From Gammaproteobacteria bacterium (GTDB lineage Bacteria > Pseudomonadota > Gammaproteobacteria > UBA4575): DNA of 64,000 nucleotides. Below, piece by piece: positions 1 to 10,809 of this stretch. Below the pieces are notes generated by a model. It saw nothing but the letters and a program-made list of their open reading frames with translations. It did no database searches and was not told where the DNA came from. The translations under genes were made by a program, and so were the position numbers. Each line of letters starts with the position of its first letter. Position 1 is the first letter of the stretch. The stretch covers positions 64,001-128,000 of the forward strand of contig CBDCUI010000007.1 in NCBI GenBank assembly GCA_965222615.1, read 5' to 3'.

Positions 1-2
1 TT

Positions 3-140
3 TTCGACCATGGCGATGATATTAAATTTGATCATCAAGTTTTTATTGATGACAAACCGGATTATTATGAATTCGCCAATAAAACTAAAAACATGACAGG
101 AGCAGAAGTTTTTGCTCAATTTTCACCTACATCTGACTGA
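3..140 (+). CDS. GFA/Mss4-like family protein, C-terminal fragment (truncated by window edge)
   Basis: Frame from nt 3 reads FDHGDDIKFDHQVFIDDKPDYYEFANKTKNMTGAEVFAQF..*, resembling the C-terminus of GFA-family proteins. Confidence 0.6.
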   Translation, partial: FDHGDDIKFDHQVFIDDKPDYYEFANKTKNMTGAEVFAQFSPTSD

Positions 141-177
141 ATAATTATTTATAAATATTAGAAACATAAAGTTATAC

Positions 178-426
178 GTGAAAAGCAAACAAAACATTAT
201 TCAATCCCCTCTCATCTGGTTGGTGCTCAGCTTGACACTAGGATTAGCACCTTTCTTACCTGAACCTCATGTCTGGGAAAAACTTAAGTGGATTCTAGCA
301 GGTGCTAAAGGGATGCGGCCAATTGATTGGTTTGATTTCGTTTTACATGGAACACCGTGGTTGCTATTGATAATTTCTGTACTCAGTAAATTTAAATCGA
401 CTAAAACAGATTTGACTAAGGATTAA
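178..426 (+). CDS. Small conserved two-TM membrane protein
   Basis: 82 aa; LGLAPFxPEPHxxEKL...IDWFDxxLHGxP pattern of a recurrent small membrane protein family. Confidence 0.7.
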   Translation: MKSKQNIIQSPLIWLVLSLTLGLAPFLPEPHVWEKLKWILAGAKGMRPIDWFDFVLHGTPWLLLIISVLSKFKSTKTDLTKD

Positions 427-868
427 GCCAATCTTTGTATGTTGTATGAATTTCCTCGATTAAATCAGGCAAAGATTGATTAATTTGCAAGTCAAAGGGT
501 TCGCCAAAATATTGCTTTAACCGACTGACAATAAGATCTTCTTCAAGATCAAAGCACTCAGTGAGGCTTTCACTGATCCGTTTAGTACTAGGCTGAAATT
601 TAGGATCTGGTTGCACGATATTGAATAACAATTGGATCTCTCTTTGGTAAGAATTTGAGCGTTGTTTACGATTTTCTTTATCAATTTCCCTCTGCATTGG
701 ATCATCACTAGAAAAAAATTTAACCGCTATTCTTCCAGCGATTACAGTAGCAACTACAGCCACAAAAAGTAATAAATATCCCGAGCCAAGTGAATAATTC
801 TCAAACAAAAACAACAGACCAATTGTTATACCAATAAATGAGAATCCATATATAAGTACTGGATGCAT
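416..868 (-). CDS. Hypothetical membrane protein
   Basis: 150-aa ORF, two N-terminal hydrophobic segments, no recognised motif. Confidence 0.6.
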   Translation of the reverse strand: MHPVLIYGFSFIGITIGLLFLFENYSLGSGYLLLFVAVVATVIAGRIAVKFFSSDDPMQREIDKENRKQRSNSYQREIQLLFNIVQPDPKFQPSTKRISESLTECFDLEEDLIVSRLKQYFGEPFDLQINQSLPDLIEEIHTTYKDWLNP

Positions 869-945
869 AGTCGTTAGAATCTATTTCACGTTTTTTTATA
901 AAATGAGTATAATCAAATCAGTTCATCTAAAAAAAGGCATAAATA

Positions 946-1353
946 ATGCTTAAGCAATTAGTTTACCTCAGTATGGCATTATTAATTTTGTTTCAACCTG
1001 TGTTTTCAGCATCGATTAATGACTATATAGAAGCTTGTACATCAAACCAGAAAAATAATATGGGCCCCGAATTATGCGAATGCATGGCTAACAAGGGCAA
1101 GGATTTATCCGAAGAAGAATTTGACTTTTTTTACGCTATCGCAGCAAAAGATCAGGATAAAGTAAATAAAGGTCATGTTACTCTTGATGCAAATCAGAAA
1201 ATGAATGTAATGCAATTATCCATGATGGGACCATCAAAATGCACAAATGAGTTAGCGCAGAAAAAAAATAACAGCGAAACTCAAGATTCACCATCAAATT
1301 CATCTTCTTCTGCGACGTCTACAACTGAAGCAGATAGTACTCTATCACAGTGA
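946..1353 (+). CDS. Hypothetical secreted Cys-containing protein
   Basis: Signal peptide, C..CxC..C pattern, Ser/Thr-rich tail. Confidence 0.65.
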   Translation: MLKQLVYLSMALLILFQPVFSASINDYIEACTSNQKNNMGPELCECMANKGKDLSEEEFDFFYAIAAKDQDKVNKGHVTLDANQKMNVMQLSMMGPSKCTNELAQKKNNSETQDSPSNSSSSATSTTEADSTLSQ

Positions 1354-1398
1354 CGCATTATATTTTTTTTAATAGTTATTATATGCCCTCTAAATAAT

Positions 1399-2124
1399 GT
1401 GCTAACTTTATATCAGTTTCCAATCTCACACTATTGCGAAAAAGCTCGTTGGACACTTGAATACAAAAAATTAGAATATAAAAAAGTTAATTTACTACCT
1501 GGACCACACATAAAAAAAGCAAAAAAGCTAGCAAATAAGCCTTCCCTGCCAATACTCGTGCATAATGGCAAAGTTATCAATGAATCACGGAAAATAATAA
1601 CTTACCTAGATCATATATTCCCTAATAATAAACTAACACCCGAGAATGAAGATTTAAAAAAATCTGCAATGGATTGGGAGCATTTTGCTGATAAAGAAAT
1701 TGGACCTGATGTGCGTAGTTTATGCTATCACACCTTGCTTGATCATCCAGATATTACGATTCCATTTTTCACAGTAGATGGACCTTGGTATGGAAACTTA
1801 TTTATGAAATATAACTATCCAAGACTAAGTAAAAATATGCGCACATTAATGCAACTCAATGATAAAACCGTTGGACTTATTCAACAACGACTAACAAAAG
1901 CAATCAATAAGTTATATGCACATATTAAGACAAGAGAATTTTTTGTAGGCAACACCTTCACGCGTGCAGATCTTGCAATAGCATCCTTATTAGCACCCTT
2001 ATGCAAACCTGCTAAATATGGCTTAGATTGGCCCAAGCAATATCCTGAACCACTACACAGCACCATAAAAGAATATAAAGATAAACTGAACTGGGTAACG
2101 AATATGTATAACCAGTTCAGATAA
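1399..2124 (+). CDS. Glutathione S-transferase family protein
   Basis: N-terminal LYQFPISHYCEKARW, LPIL..ES motif, C-terminal FTRADLAIA. Confidence 0.9.
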   Translation: MLTLYQFPISHYCEKARWTLEYKKLEYKKVNLLPGPHIKKAKKLANKPSLPILVHNGKVINESRKIITYLDHIFPNNKLTPENEDLKKSAMDWEHFADKEIGPDVRSLCYHTLLDHPDITIPFFTVDGPWYGNLFMKYNYPRLSKNMRTLMQLNDKTVGLIQQRLTKAINKLYAHIKTREFFVGNTFTRADLAIASLLAPLCKPAKYGLDWPKQYPEPLHSTIKEYKDKLNWVTNMYNQFR

Positions 2125-2159
2125 ATTTTTACACATAAGCAGATATACAGCTCATTAAT

Positions 2160-2489
2160 ATGAGTCATACCATGTCACTTACGAATACATTAAGAATAAT
2201 AGCAATACTTTTGATATTAGCATCGGTATATCAATATATAACATTGGATCTGCTACCTATAAAAACCATCGTAGTTGCTCATATCCTTTTTATATTAAGT
2301 TTCTTTAGTGATGGTCATGCACAACGTGTTTCAGTGGTATCACTTGGACTTGCACTAGTAGTTCCAATCGGTGCATGGCGTATGTATAAAACAGGAGATG
2401 TTGCACTTGGTTTTTTTATATTTAATCTGGTAGTTTTTACATATCTTGCTTACATTGCATACAAAACACTCATTAGCAAATCTGCATGA
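2160..2489 (+). CDS. Hypothetical 4-TM membrane protein
   Basis: 109 aa, four hydrophobic stretches. Confidence 0.6.
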   Translation: MSHTMSLTNTLRIIAILLILASVYQYITLDLLPIKTIVVAHILFILSFFSDGHAQRVSVVSLGLALVVPIGAWRMYKTGDVALGFFIFNLVVFTYLAYIAYKTLISKSA

Positions 2490-2527
2490 ATAATAGTGAT
2501 GGCAGTTAACAGCCATATTTAACCAAT

Positions 2528-3505
2528 ATGAATTCAGACCCACGACTGACTCAGTTACATGAGTGGATAAGAGATATTTTAGGAAAAGTTGATTATTCAC
2601 TTATACCAGTGTCTGGTGATGCAAGCTTTCGTCGCTATTTTCGCTTTACCTCAAAACAACAGCAATTTATAGCTGTAGATGCTCCACCTGATAAAGAAAA
2701 CAATGCATCTTTTATAAATATTACACATTTATTAGAAGCTGAAGGTTTACCAGTACCTCATATTTATTTTAGTACACTAGATTTTGGCTTCTTTTTGTTA
2801 AGCGATCTTGGCGACACAATATTTCTAGACATCTTGGAAAACAACAACGCAGATTCTTTATATAGCAAAGCACTCAATGCACTAGCAGTTATTCAACAAA
2901 CATCAGCGAATAGTTTGCCAGATTATGATCAATCACTATTATTGACTGAAATGGAGCTTTTTAGAAATTGGTTTTTAAATTCGCATTTGAAAATCGAGTT
3001 ATCGAATCAGGAAAATAAATTTTTTGACCAAGTTTTTACTTTTCTCATTAAAAATGCATTACAACAACCTCAGGTTTTCGTACATCGTGATTATCACTCA
3101 CGCAACCTGATGAAAATAGATAATATGTATCCTGGTATTATTGACTACCAAGATGCTGTTCGCGGACCAGTAACATATGATTTAGTTTCTTTATTACGAG
3201 ACTGTTATATTGATTGGCCGATTTCTGATGTAGAAAAATGGGCACTTTCTTATAGAAAAAATATTATTAACAAAGACATTATTAAAAATGTAGACGAAGA
3301 AACTTTTTTACGTTGGTTTGATTTAATGGGAATTCAACGACACCTAAAAGCTATCGGTATATTCTCACGTTTAAATATTCGCGATAAAAAGTCAAACTAC
3401 TTAGAGGATATCCCACGAGCCTTAAATTACATTAAGACTATTGCCCCAAAATACCCTGAAACATGCTCTTTAGCAGAATTTGTTCATAATAAGGTATCTA
3501 TTTGA
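2528..3505 (+). CDS. amgK: N-acetylmuramate/N-acetylglucosamine kinase (APH-like phosphotransferase)
   Basis: SGDASFRRYFR, HRDYHSRNLM, IIDYQDA motifs; coupled to murU. Confidence 0.9.
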   Translation: MNSDPRLTQLHEWIRDILGKVDYSLIPVSGDASFRRYFRFTSKQQQFIAVDAPPDKENNASFINITHLLEAEGLPVPHIYFSTLDFGFFLLSDLGDTIFLDILENNNADSLYSKALNALAVIQQTSANSLPDYDQSLLLTEMELFRNWFLNSHLKIELSNQENKFFDQVFTFLIKNALQQPQVFVHRDYHSRNLMKIDNMYPGIIDYQDAVRGPVTYDLVSLLRDCYIDWPISDVEKWALSYRKNIINKDIIKNVDEETFLRWFDLMGIQRHLKAIGIFSRLNIRDKKSNYLEDIPRALNYIKTIAPKYPETCSLAEFVHNKVSI

Positions 3506-4179
3506 AAATGATGAAATGTATGCTACTCGCAGCAGGTTTAGGTGAACGATTGCGACCCCTTACTAACGAAGTACCTAAACCACTTATCAAAATTGCTGGC
3601 AAGCCTTTAATTGATCACCATTTAGATAGACTGAAGTCTGCAGGTTATCGCGAAATTGTCATAAACCTCTCGTATCTAGGAGATCAGATTCGAGAATATC
3701 TCAAAGACGGGCATCGATTTGGTCTTGATATTAAATATTCAGACGAAGGCCAAGAACCACTTGAAACAGCTGGTGGAATTATTCGAGCCTTGCCTTTACT
3801 TGGTGATCAACCTTTTTTAGTAATAAATGCAGATATTTGGTGTGATCATACACTTTCATTTCCAAAGTTAACCCAAAATAAACATGCACATATCGTTCTT
3901 GTTAACAACCCTTCTCACAATCCTGGTGGTGATTTTGTGTATGAATTTGGAAAGATCTATAACACAGGAAATCACTTTCTAACCTACAGTGGTATCGGCA
4001 TCTATAGTCCGAAACTATTCCAACAACACAAACCAGGCAAACTTGCACTTGCACCCATTTTGCGCGATGCAATAGATAAAGAGACTGTTAGTGGCGAGTA
4101 CCACGCTGGCACATGGTTTGATGTTGGAACAAAAGAGCGTTTAGATGAAGTTGAGAAGTATATTTCTAAAATCAGTTAA
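3502..4179 (+). CDS. murU: N-acetylmuramate alpha-1-phosphate uridylyltransferase
   Basis: LLAAGLGERLRPLT..PKPL, LETAGGI, WFDVGT; follows amgK. Confidence 0.9.
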   Translation: MKMMKCMLLAAGLGERLRPLTNEVPKPLIKIAGKPLIDHHLDRLKSAGYREIVINLSYLGDQIREYLKDGHRFGLDIKYSDEGQEPLETAGGIIRALPLLGDQPFLVINADIWCDHTLSFPKLTQNKHAHIVLVNNPSHNPGGDFVYEFGKIYNTGNHFLTYSGIGIYSPKLFQQHKPGKLALAPILRDAIDKETVSGEYHAGTWFDVGTKERLDEVEKYISKIS

Positions 4180-4194
4180 TTCTAGAATAGCATT

Positions 4195-4959
4195 TTAAAT
4201 CACAAAATATTTATACCAAAGTTTCCCAAAATATTCATGCAAAGCAATTTTTGTATGCCTTAGAGCGGATACTTTAGGTAAGTAATCTTGATAGTTGGGA
4301 GTATGGGTATTGCGTTTATAAAAAACGGTAGGTGCTGGTGTAGGCTCAAGCCCAACTTTTTCAAAACACCAAACTGCTCTTGGCATATGGTAAGCATGCG
4401 TTACAAGTAAAAAACTTGAAATCGAATTATCGTCGAGAATTGATTTCGAAAACTTCGCATTTTCAAAAGTATTTTTGCTTTTGTGTTCCATCCAAGTTAC
4501 TTGAACACCAAAATAAATTTCAAAAATATGCTTCATTAAAGTGGCTTCAGAACGCCTTTCATCGTTCACTGTGCCACCTACTGCCAAAATAGGAAGTTCA
4601 GTAGCTTTGGCTAATTTGGCAGCATAACGTAAACGCTGTAATGTGGTTGCATTAACCGTATCCAAACTATCATACTCACGTGCAATCGGAAGTCGGCCAC
4701 CTGAAAGTACTACAATTGCTTGGATATCGGATGGAATCTCTTTTAAGACTTCATGCTCATATTGCAGTGGATCTAAAAGCTGGCGTGCAAAATATGGAAT
4801 GCTAGCTAAATACAACAGTACAGCACCAAGCAATATACAAAATGCAGCAAATTTAGGCATTCGAAATAACCACACCAATAACCCAAGGGTGATTAAAATC
4901 AAAGGTCCCATGGGTGGTAGTAATAAATCTAGAATCGTTCTAAAGACTTCAGAACTCAT
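4195..4959 (-). CDS. YdcF/ElyC family (DUF218) protein
   Basis: IVVLSGG, SKNTFENA, LLVTHAYHMPRA, ALHEYFG motifs. Confidence 0.88.
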   Translation of the reverse strand: MSSEVFRTILDLLLPPMGPLILITLGLLVWLFRMPKFAAFCILLGAVLLYLASIPYFARQLLDPLQYEHEVLKEIPSDIQAIVVLSGGRLPIAREYDSLDTVNATTLQRLRYAAKLAKATELPILAVGGTVNDERRSEATLMKHIFEIYFGVQVTWMEHKSKNTFENAKFSKSILDDNSISSFLLVTHAYHMPRAVWCFEKVGLEPTPAPTVFYKRNTHTPNYQDYLPKVSALRHTKIALHEYFGKLWYKYFVI

Positions 4960-4962
4960 TTA

Positions 4963-5925
4963 CTAAGAATAACTCAGTGCTTGTTGTGCTTGAAGATCTG
5001 CATGATAAGAAGAACGTACCAGTGGACCGCTGGCGACATGATCAAAGCCCAAATCTTTTCCAGCTGCATGCAATTCATCAAATTCACTTGGAGAGAGATA
5101 TCGTTGTACAGAAAGATGATGTGGACTAGGTTGCAAATACTGTCCCAATGTGAGCATATTTACATCATGGTCACGCAGATCTTGCATTACGCTTAACACT
5201 TCATCGATCTCCTCACCCAATCCTAACATCAATCCAGATTTAGTTGGCACATGCGGAAGATGCATTTTATGAAGTTGCAAAAGATTTAGTGAGTGCAGGT
5301 AATCCGCTCCAGGTCGAACAAATGGATATAAACGCGGCACAGTTTCCAGATTGTGGTTAAACACATCCGCAGGGCTTTTAGACATAATTTCCACTGCATG
5401 TTCTAACCGCCCACGGAAATCAGGAACCAATACTTCAATCTTAATTCCTGCACATCGATTACGTACCTGTTGAATGCAAGCAATAAAATGCTTTGCTCCG
5501 CCATCATGCAAATCATCACGGTCCACTGAGGTAATCACTACATATTTTAAGCCCAAACGTTTAATGGTTTCAGCTAAATGCTTGGGTTCCTGTTTATCCA
5601 AAGGTAATGGCCGGCCATGTGCGACATCACAAAATGAGCACCGCCTGGTGCAAACATCGCCCATGATCATAAAGGTTGCTGTGCCACTATTAAAACACTC
5701 TGTCAAATTAGGGCAAGACGCCTCTTCACAAACAGTATGCAATTTTTGCTCTCTTAGTAATTTCTTCAGCTCTTTTACTTCTGCTGTAAGCGGCACTTTC
5801 ACACGAATCCAACTTGGTTTCAGTAAACGTGATGTAGAACTTTTAATTGCCACCGGAATTTTAGTGACTTTTTCACTGCCACGCTGTTTAACTCCAAGCT
5901 TATTAAGATGTGATTTATTAGCCAA
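4963..5925 (-). CDS. lipA: Lipoyl synthase
   Basis: [12 protein letters not shown] and CTRRCSFC clusters; RSSYHA C-terminus. Confidence 0.97.
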   Translation of the reverse strand: MANKSHLNKLGVKQRGSEKVTKIPVAIKSSTSRLLKPSWIRVKVPLTAEVKELKKLLREQKLHTVCEEASCPNLTECFNSGTATFMIMGDVCTRRCSFCDVAHGRPLPLDKQEPKHLAETIKRLGLKYVVITSVDRDDLHDGGAKHFIACIQQVRNRCAGIKIEVLVPDFRGRLEHAVEIMSKSPADVFNHNLETVPRLYPFVRPGADYLHSLNLLQLHKMHLPHVPTKSGLMLGLGEEIDEVLSVMQDLRDHDVNMLTLGQYLQPSPHHLSVQRYLSPSEFDELHAAGKDLGFDHVASGPLVRSSYHADLQAQQALSYS

Positions 5926-6556
5926 AGGTTTTTACTTCTGTAGGTTTATATTGAAGATGAGTACATAATTGTAAAAACAAGTCTTTTTGGATCTGTTCAA
6001 AATCTAGTTCTACTTCATAATTTTTTAACTGGGTGACTTCTAAGTCTGAAAACCCACATGGATTGATATAGGTAAATGGTGTTAGATCCATATCTACATT
6101 TAGTGCCACACCATGATAACTACAACCTTTGTAGACACGCAAACCCAACGATGCAATTTTAGCACTATTAACATATACACCATGTGCTTCTGCACGAGCT
6201 TCAGATTCAATACTATAACTATCCAATAATGCCACAACAGCTTGTTCTATGCCCTGCACAAATTGTTTTACACCGAAATTTTTACGACGCAGATCTACAA
6301 GTAGATACACAATGATTTGTCCTGGACCATGATAAGTAACTTGCCCACCTCGATCTGACTGTACAATTGGAATATTTGAATGCCTGAGGATGTGTTTTTC
6401 GTCAGCATTTGCGCCAAGAGTAAAGACTGCTGGATGCTGCAAACACCAAAACTCATCTGTAGTTTCTACATCACGCTTATTGGTAAACTCACGCATTCTT
6501 GCAAGCGTCAAAGAATATTCCTGCGTGCCTAATTCACGTATCAATAACTTAGACAT
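5918..6556 (-). CDS. lipB: Octanoyltransferase
   Basis: [24 protein letters not shown]. Confidence 0.97.
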   Translation of the reverse strand: MSKLLIRELGTQEYSLTLARMREFTNKRDVETTDEFWCLQHPAVFTLGANADEKHILRHSNIPIVQSDRGGQVTYHGPGQIIVYLLVDLRRKNFGVKQFVQGIEQAVVALLDSYSIESEARAEAHGVYVNSAKIASLGLRVYKGCSYHGVALNVDMDLTPFTYINPCGFSDLEVTQLKNYEVELDFEQIQKDLFLQLCTHLQYKPTEVKTFG

Positions 6557-6565
6557 GAATAAGCT

Positions 6566-6829
6566 TTAAAGTGCCATAATTACCCAATCACTAGCAGTTA
6601 AATCGATATAAATACCGTCTAGGTGTTTTTGACTAACTGCATTCACATGCACAGTAATACTGCAATAGTTTTTTTGCCTACTTTCTACTTCTCTTATTTT
6701 TGTTGTTTCAAAATCATCCAAATGTTTTCTTAGTATCTCGATTACTGCTTGGTGAAATCCATGATGGTTTTTCCCCATTACCTTGATTGGAAACTCACAT
6801 GGAAAAGAAAGCAGGGACTCATCTGACAT
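6566..6829 (-). CDS. ybeD: YbeD/DUF493 family protein
   Basis: FPCEFPIKVMG motif; canonical position upstream of lipB. Confidence 0.9.
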   Translation of the reverse strand: MSDESLLSFPCEFPIKVMGKNHHGFHQAVIEILRKHLDDFETTKIREVESRQKNYCSITVHVNAVSQKHLDGIYIDLTASDWVIMAL

Positions 6830-6868
6830 AGCTAAGAATCGTTGTTAATGGAGCTCTGATTATCAGGT

Positions 6869-7711
6869 CTAGACTTTACGTTGTTGATATAGAGTATAAA
6901 CCTTACGCCATAGTTCCCCTGGAACACCCGCTCCAACGGTTTTTCCATCTATTTGAGTGGCCGCTAACACCTCTTTAGTAGAGCTAGTAATCCACAATTC
7001 ATCTGATGAATACAACCATTGTTTTGGAATAGATTGCTCTGTGTATCCTATACCCAATTCGCTGAGCAGCTCTAATACAAAATCACGTGTTATGCCAGGC
7101 AGAATTAAATTATCTTTTGGATGGGTAAACACTTCGCCATCCCGTATTACAAATAAATTACTGGCCGCTCCTTCTAGCACAAATTCATCTCTCACCATAA
7201 TTGCTTCGACTGCAGATGCCTGTAGAGCATCTTGCTTTGACAAAATATTCGCTAATAAACTAATAACTTTAATATCACACCTTTGCCAACGCATATCTTC
7301 CGAAGTAATCAACGCCACACCTCTTTGCAGCTGCTCTTGTGGTATTGGGGCTAGCGGATTAGCCATGGCAAAAATGGTAGGACCCACATCTTGTGGAAAA
7401 ACATGGTCGCGAGGTGCAACACCTCTAGTGACTTGAATGTAGATCGCTAGATTTTCCTCGCTGGACTGTTCAATCAATGTTTCAACAATAATTTCCCATT
7501 CAGCACGAGAATAAGGATTTTCAATGCGAATTTCATTAATGCTGCGCTCCAACCGAGTTAAATGTTGTGCTAAATAAAAAGGCTTGCTTTTGTAGACTGG
7601 TATTAATTCATAAATACCGTCGCCAAAAATAAAACCTCGATCCAAAGGCGAAACCTTGCACTCCTGAAGAGACATATATTCACCGTTAAGAAAAGCTTGG
7701 GTTTGTGTCAC
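6869..7711 (-). CDS. dat: D-amino acid aminotransferase (PLP fold IV)
   Basis: DRGFIFGDGIYE, RWQRCDIK, ILPGITR; position between dacA and ybeD. Confidence 0.88.
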   Translation of the reverse strand: MTQTQAFLNGEYMSLQECKVSPLDRGFIFGDGIYELIPVYKSKPFYLAQHLTRLERSINEIRIENPYSRAEWEIIVETLIEQSSEENLAIYIQVTRGVAPRDHVFPQDVGPTIFAMANPLAPIPQEQLQRGVALITSEDMRWQRCDIKVISLLANILSKQDALQASAVEAIMVRDEFVLEGAASNLFVIRDGEVFTHPKDNLILPGITRDFVLELLSELGIGYTEQSIPKQWLYSSDELWITSSTKEVLAATQIDGKTVGAGVPGELWRKVYTLYQQRKV

Positions 7712-7726
7712 GAAATGCAGCGCATG

Positions 7727-8866
7727 CTAATAAAATAATTTCACAAAGAAATCCACTATACGTCGCCACAATCCTCCTGATGGATTATCCTGCAAAGTTA
7801 CGAGGGGCTTCTCAAGATAATCTTTACCACCCAAAGTAACTTTAACTGTACCAACCTGATGACCTTGCTCCACCGGCGCCATAATATCGGAATTAATATC
7901 CATAGATGCTTTTAGCAAATCGTATTGACCACGAGGTATTGTGACATTTAAATCTTCATCTACACCCAGCGGAATTAATTTCGACTCACCATTCCACATG
8001 CGCTGTTCAACTAAAGTCTCGCCTGCTTTATATAAACTATGCGATTCATAATATCTAAATCCGTAATTAAGCAATGCCTGAGTATTTACCGTACGAGACT
8101 TATCACTATCTGTACCCATCACAGCAGAAATTAGTCGCATATCATTACGTATAGCAGACGCAGCTAGACAATAACCCGCGGCTTCGGTATGCCCTGTTTT
8201 TAAGCCATCAACCGCACTATCTCTCCATAACAATCGATTTCGATTATGTTGTTTGATGTCATTAAATGTAAATTCTTTTTGAGCATAGCGTTTATATTCT
8301 TCCGGAAATTCAGCGATTACGGCTCGCGATAGCAACGCAATGTCATATGCGGTTGTATAATGATCTACATCGGGCAATCCGGTTGCATTTATAAAGTGTG
8401 TATCTTTAAGCCCTAAACGTTGAGCATGTGCATTCATGACATCAGCAAAGGCTTCTTCAGTACCGGCAACATGTTCTGCTAGCGCAACACTGGCATCATT
8501 ACCAGACTGAATAATTAAACCAAGCAATAAATCTTCAAGTAGAATTCTATTGCCGACCTCAACAAACATTCTTGAACCAATACTACGCCAGGCCTTTTCA
8601 CTAATGAGCACTTGATCAGTCAGAGAAGCATCATTGGCCGCTAAGGCATGGTAAACCACATAAGCTGTCATAATTTTGGTAATACTTGCAGGATCAACAC
8701 GCTCATGAGCATTGTATTCAGCAAGTATTGCGCCACTTGCGTAGTCCATTAATACATAACTTGAGGCATCAAACTTTGGCGGTGCAGGAATAGGTTGTGA
8801 CTCTGCGAATAGGCTTGTGTAGCCAAACATCAATGCAAAAATAAGTACAATTGTTTTAATGTTCAT
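7727..8866 (-). CDS. dacA: D-alanyl-D-alanine carboxypeptidase (PBP5/6)
   Basis: SxxK (PASITK), SGN, KTG motifs. Confidence 0.92.
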   Translation of the reverse strand: MNIKTIVLIFALMFGYTSLFAESQPIPAPPKFDASSYVLMDYASGAILAEYNAHERVDPASITKIMTAYVVYHALAANDASLTDQVLISEKAWRSIGSRMFVEVGNRILLEDLLLGLIIQSGNDASVALAEHVAGTEEAFADVMNAHAQRLGLKDTHFINATGLPDVDHYTTAYDIALLSRAVIAEFPEEYKRYAQKEFTFNDIKQHNRNRLLWRDSAVDGLKTGHTEAAGYCLAASAIRNDMRLISAVMGTDSDKSRTVNTQALLNYGFRYYESHSLYKAGETLVEQRMWNGESKLIPLGVDEDLNVTIPRGQYDLLKASMDINSDIMAPVEQGHQVGTVKVTLGGKDYLEKPLVTLQDNPSGGLWRRIVDFFVKLFY

Positions 8867-8902
8867 CTAACACTAACCTCATCAATAATTTAACTACAGT
8901 GA

Positions 8903-9817
8903 CTATTCAATCACTACACGATGTTCCTTCATGCCCATATCGCTGAGTCTGGCTACTGTGTCATCAGCTAACTGAACAGTAGACAATGGCCCAATGCGTA
9001 CCCGGTGCAATTCCTTCGCGTCTTTTACAATAGAAGATATGGAAACTATTCCTATATTTAAAGGTTTTAACTGATTGAGTAATTGATCTGCATTGGCACG
9101 ATCTCCAAATGCCCCGACCTGTACAAAAACTTGTGGACTCGCCTCAGTAGAAACAATTGTTGACTCTAGTGAATCATCAGTTTGAGAATTGATCTCTTCA
9201 GTAACAGGAATCTTTTCTTTGGCTGTAGAAACTTGCGAATCCTGTTTAGAGTTTTTAGTGACTTGGTAGCTGACTGGATCAATGGCTTGAATCTCAACCA
9301 AACCTGTGCCTTCGCTTATTATGCCAAGTTTTCTTGCCGCTGAGTAAGATAGATCGATAACACGATTTTGATGAAATGGCCCGCGATCATTGACGCGCAC
9401 GACAATTTGTCTGCCATTTTTCAAATTGGTAACTTGAACATAGGTTGGTAACGGTAATCGCGTGTGGGCTGCCGTCATCGCATACATATCATAAGTCTCC
9501 CCACTAGAAGTTCGACGTCCATGAAACTTTTTACCATACCAAGAAGCAATGCCTCTTTCAGAAAACCCATCGCTACTCGCCAGAGTGTAATAACGTTTCC
9601 CAAACACAACATAAGAACTAGGATTACCATAGCGACTACGTGGCTCAACACGTGGGGTAGCATCAGGAGGTAACTCGCGAGGAATATGTTTTGTTTCTGG
9701 CGGAGCATCCTCTACGGTTGGCTTGAACAAGGAACAAGCACCTTGCCCAATTAATAAAATGGCAAATACCCAAACACTAAATCTACGGGTAGTTTTGGTT
9801 AGATTAATTTTGCGCAA
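8903..9817 (-). CDS. rlpA: Septal ring lytic transglycosylase RlpA
   Basis: Lipobox, GIASWYG, RVNDRGPF, C-terminal SPOR domain (VQVGAF). Confidence 0.95.
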   Translation of the reverse strand: MRKINLTKTTRRFSVWVFAILLIGQGACSLFKPTVEDAPPETKHIPRELPPDATPRVEPRSRYGNPSSYVVFGKRYYTLASSDGFSERGIASWYGKKFHGRRTSSGETYDMYAMTAAHTRLPLPTYVQVTNLKNGRQIVVRVNDRGPFHQNRVIDLSYSAARKLGIISEGTGLVEIQAIDPVSYQVTKNSKQDSQVSTAKEKIPVTEEINSQTDDSLESTIVSTEASPQVFVQVGAFGDRANADQLLNQLKPLNIGIVSISSIVKDAKELHRVRIGPLSTVQLADDTVARLSDMGMKEHRVVIE

Positions 9818-10805
9818 CGTAGTCTTTGATATCTTGTTTAATCTTTTGACTTAATTGATGAACGGCCATCGCATACATATGACTATGGTTATAACGCGTA
9901 ATGACATAAAAATTATTAAATCCAGCCCAATATTCGTTTGAATTGTCATTATTTAGTTCAAGTAATGCAACTTTTTCTTGCGAAAAAGAATCCGCTTCAA
10001 CATCTATATCATATTTTGCTAAATCTGAAACAACTATTGATGGCTTTATGCCTTTATCTAGTAATTTCATATAAGCTGAGCCATTAATATTAACAGGCAA
10101 AGTAACAGGTTTATTTTCACGCCATCCGTGCCGTTTAAAATAATTTGCCACACTACCTATAACATCCTCATTACTACCCCATAAATCACGCTTGCCATTA
10201 TCATCAAAATCCACGGCATATCGTCGATAGCTACTTGAAATAAACTGACTTTTCCCCATCGCTCCAGCATATGAACCTTTAAGTTCTACCGGATCCAAAT
10301 TTTCCTCATTTGCCAATAATAAAAATTGTTCAAGCTCACTACGGAAAAACTTTTGTCGTGGCGGATAATCAAAACCCAAAGTCACTAAAGAATCCAGTAC
10401 TGGATATTTGCCCTCATATCTTCCATAAAAAGTTTCTACACCAAGAATCGCGACAATAATTTCCGGCGGCACACCAAATTCACGCTCTGCCGCAGCCAAC
10501 GTCTGAGCATTCTCTGACCAAAACTGCAATCCTTCTTTAATACGTTTGGGCGTAATAAAAATTTTTCGATATTCTTGCCAATTCTTCTTTTTTTCTGCTG
10601 GTCGCTGAATAGCCTCTAAAACTTCAGTTTGAGTTTTAACCTTATCAAATAACTTTGTTAATGTTTCTTTAGGATATTGATGTTGCTCAGAAAACTCATC
10701 AATAAAACTCTTCACATCTTTTCGATTGAGATAATTTTCGCTTGCATAAGTATTGCTAACAAACACAAATACTAAAACAAGTTTTATTAACCAAACTTTT
10801 AACAT
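9804..10805 (-). CDS. mltB: Lytic murein transglycosylase B
   Basis: GVETFYG, GSYAGAMG..QF, ITRYNHS. Confidence 0.95.
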   Translation of the reverse strand: MLKVWLIKLVLVFVFVSNTYASENYLNRKDVKSFIDEFSEQHQYPKETLTKLFDKVKTQTEVLEAIQRPAEKKKNWQEYRKIFITPKRIKEGLQFWSENAQTLAAAEREFGVPPEIIVAILGVETFYGRYEGKYPVLDSLVTLGFDYPPRQKFFRSELEQFLLLANEENLDPVELKGSYAGAMGKSQFISSSYRRYAVDFDDNGKRDLWGSNEDVIGSVANYFKRHGWRENKPVTLPVNINGSAYMKLLDKGIKPSIVVSDLAKYDIDVEADSFSQEKVALLELNNDNSNEYWAGFNNFYVITRYNHSHMYAMAVHQLSQKIKQDIKDYVAQN

Positions 10806-10809
10806 AGCT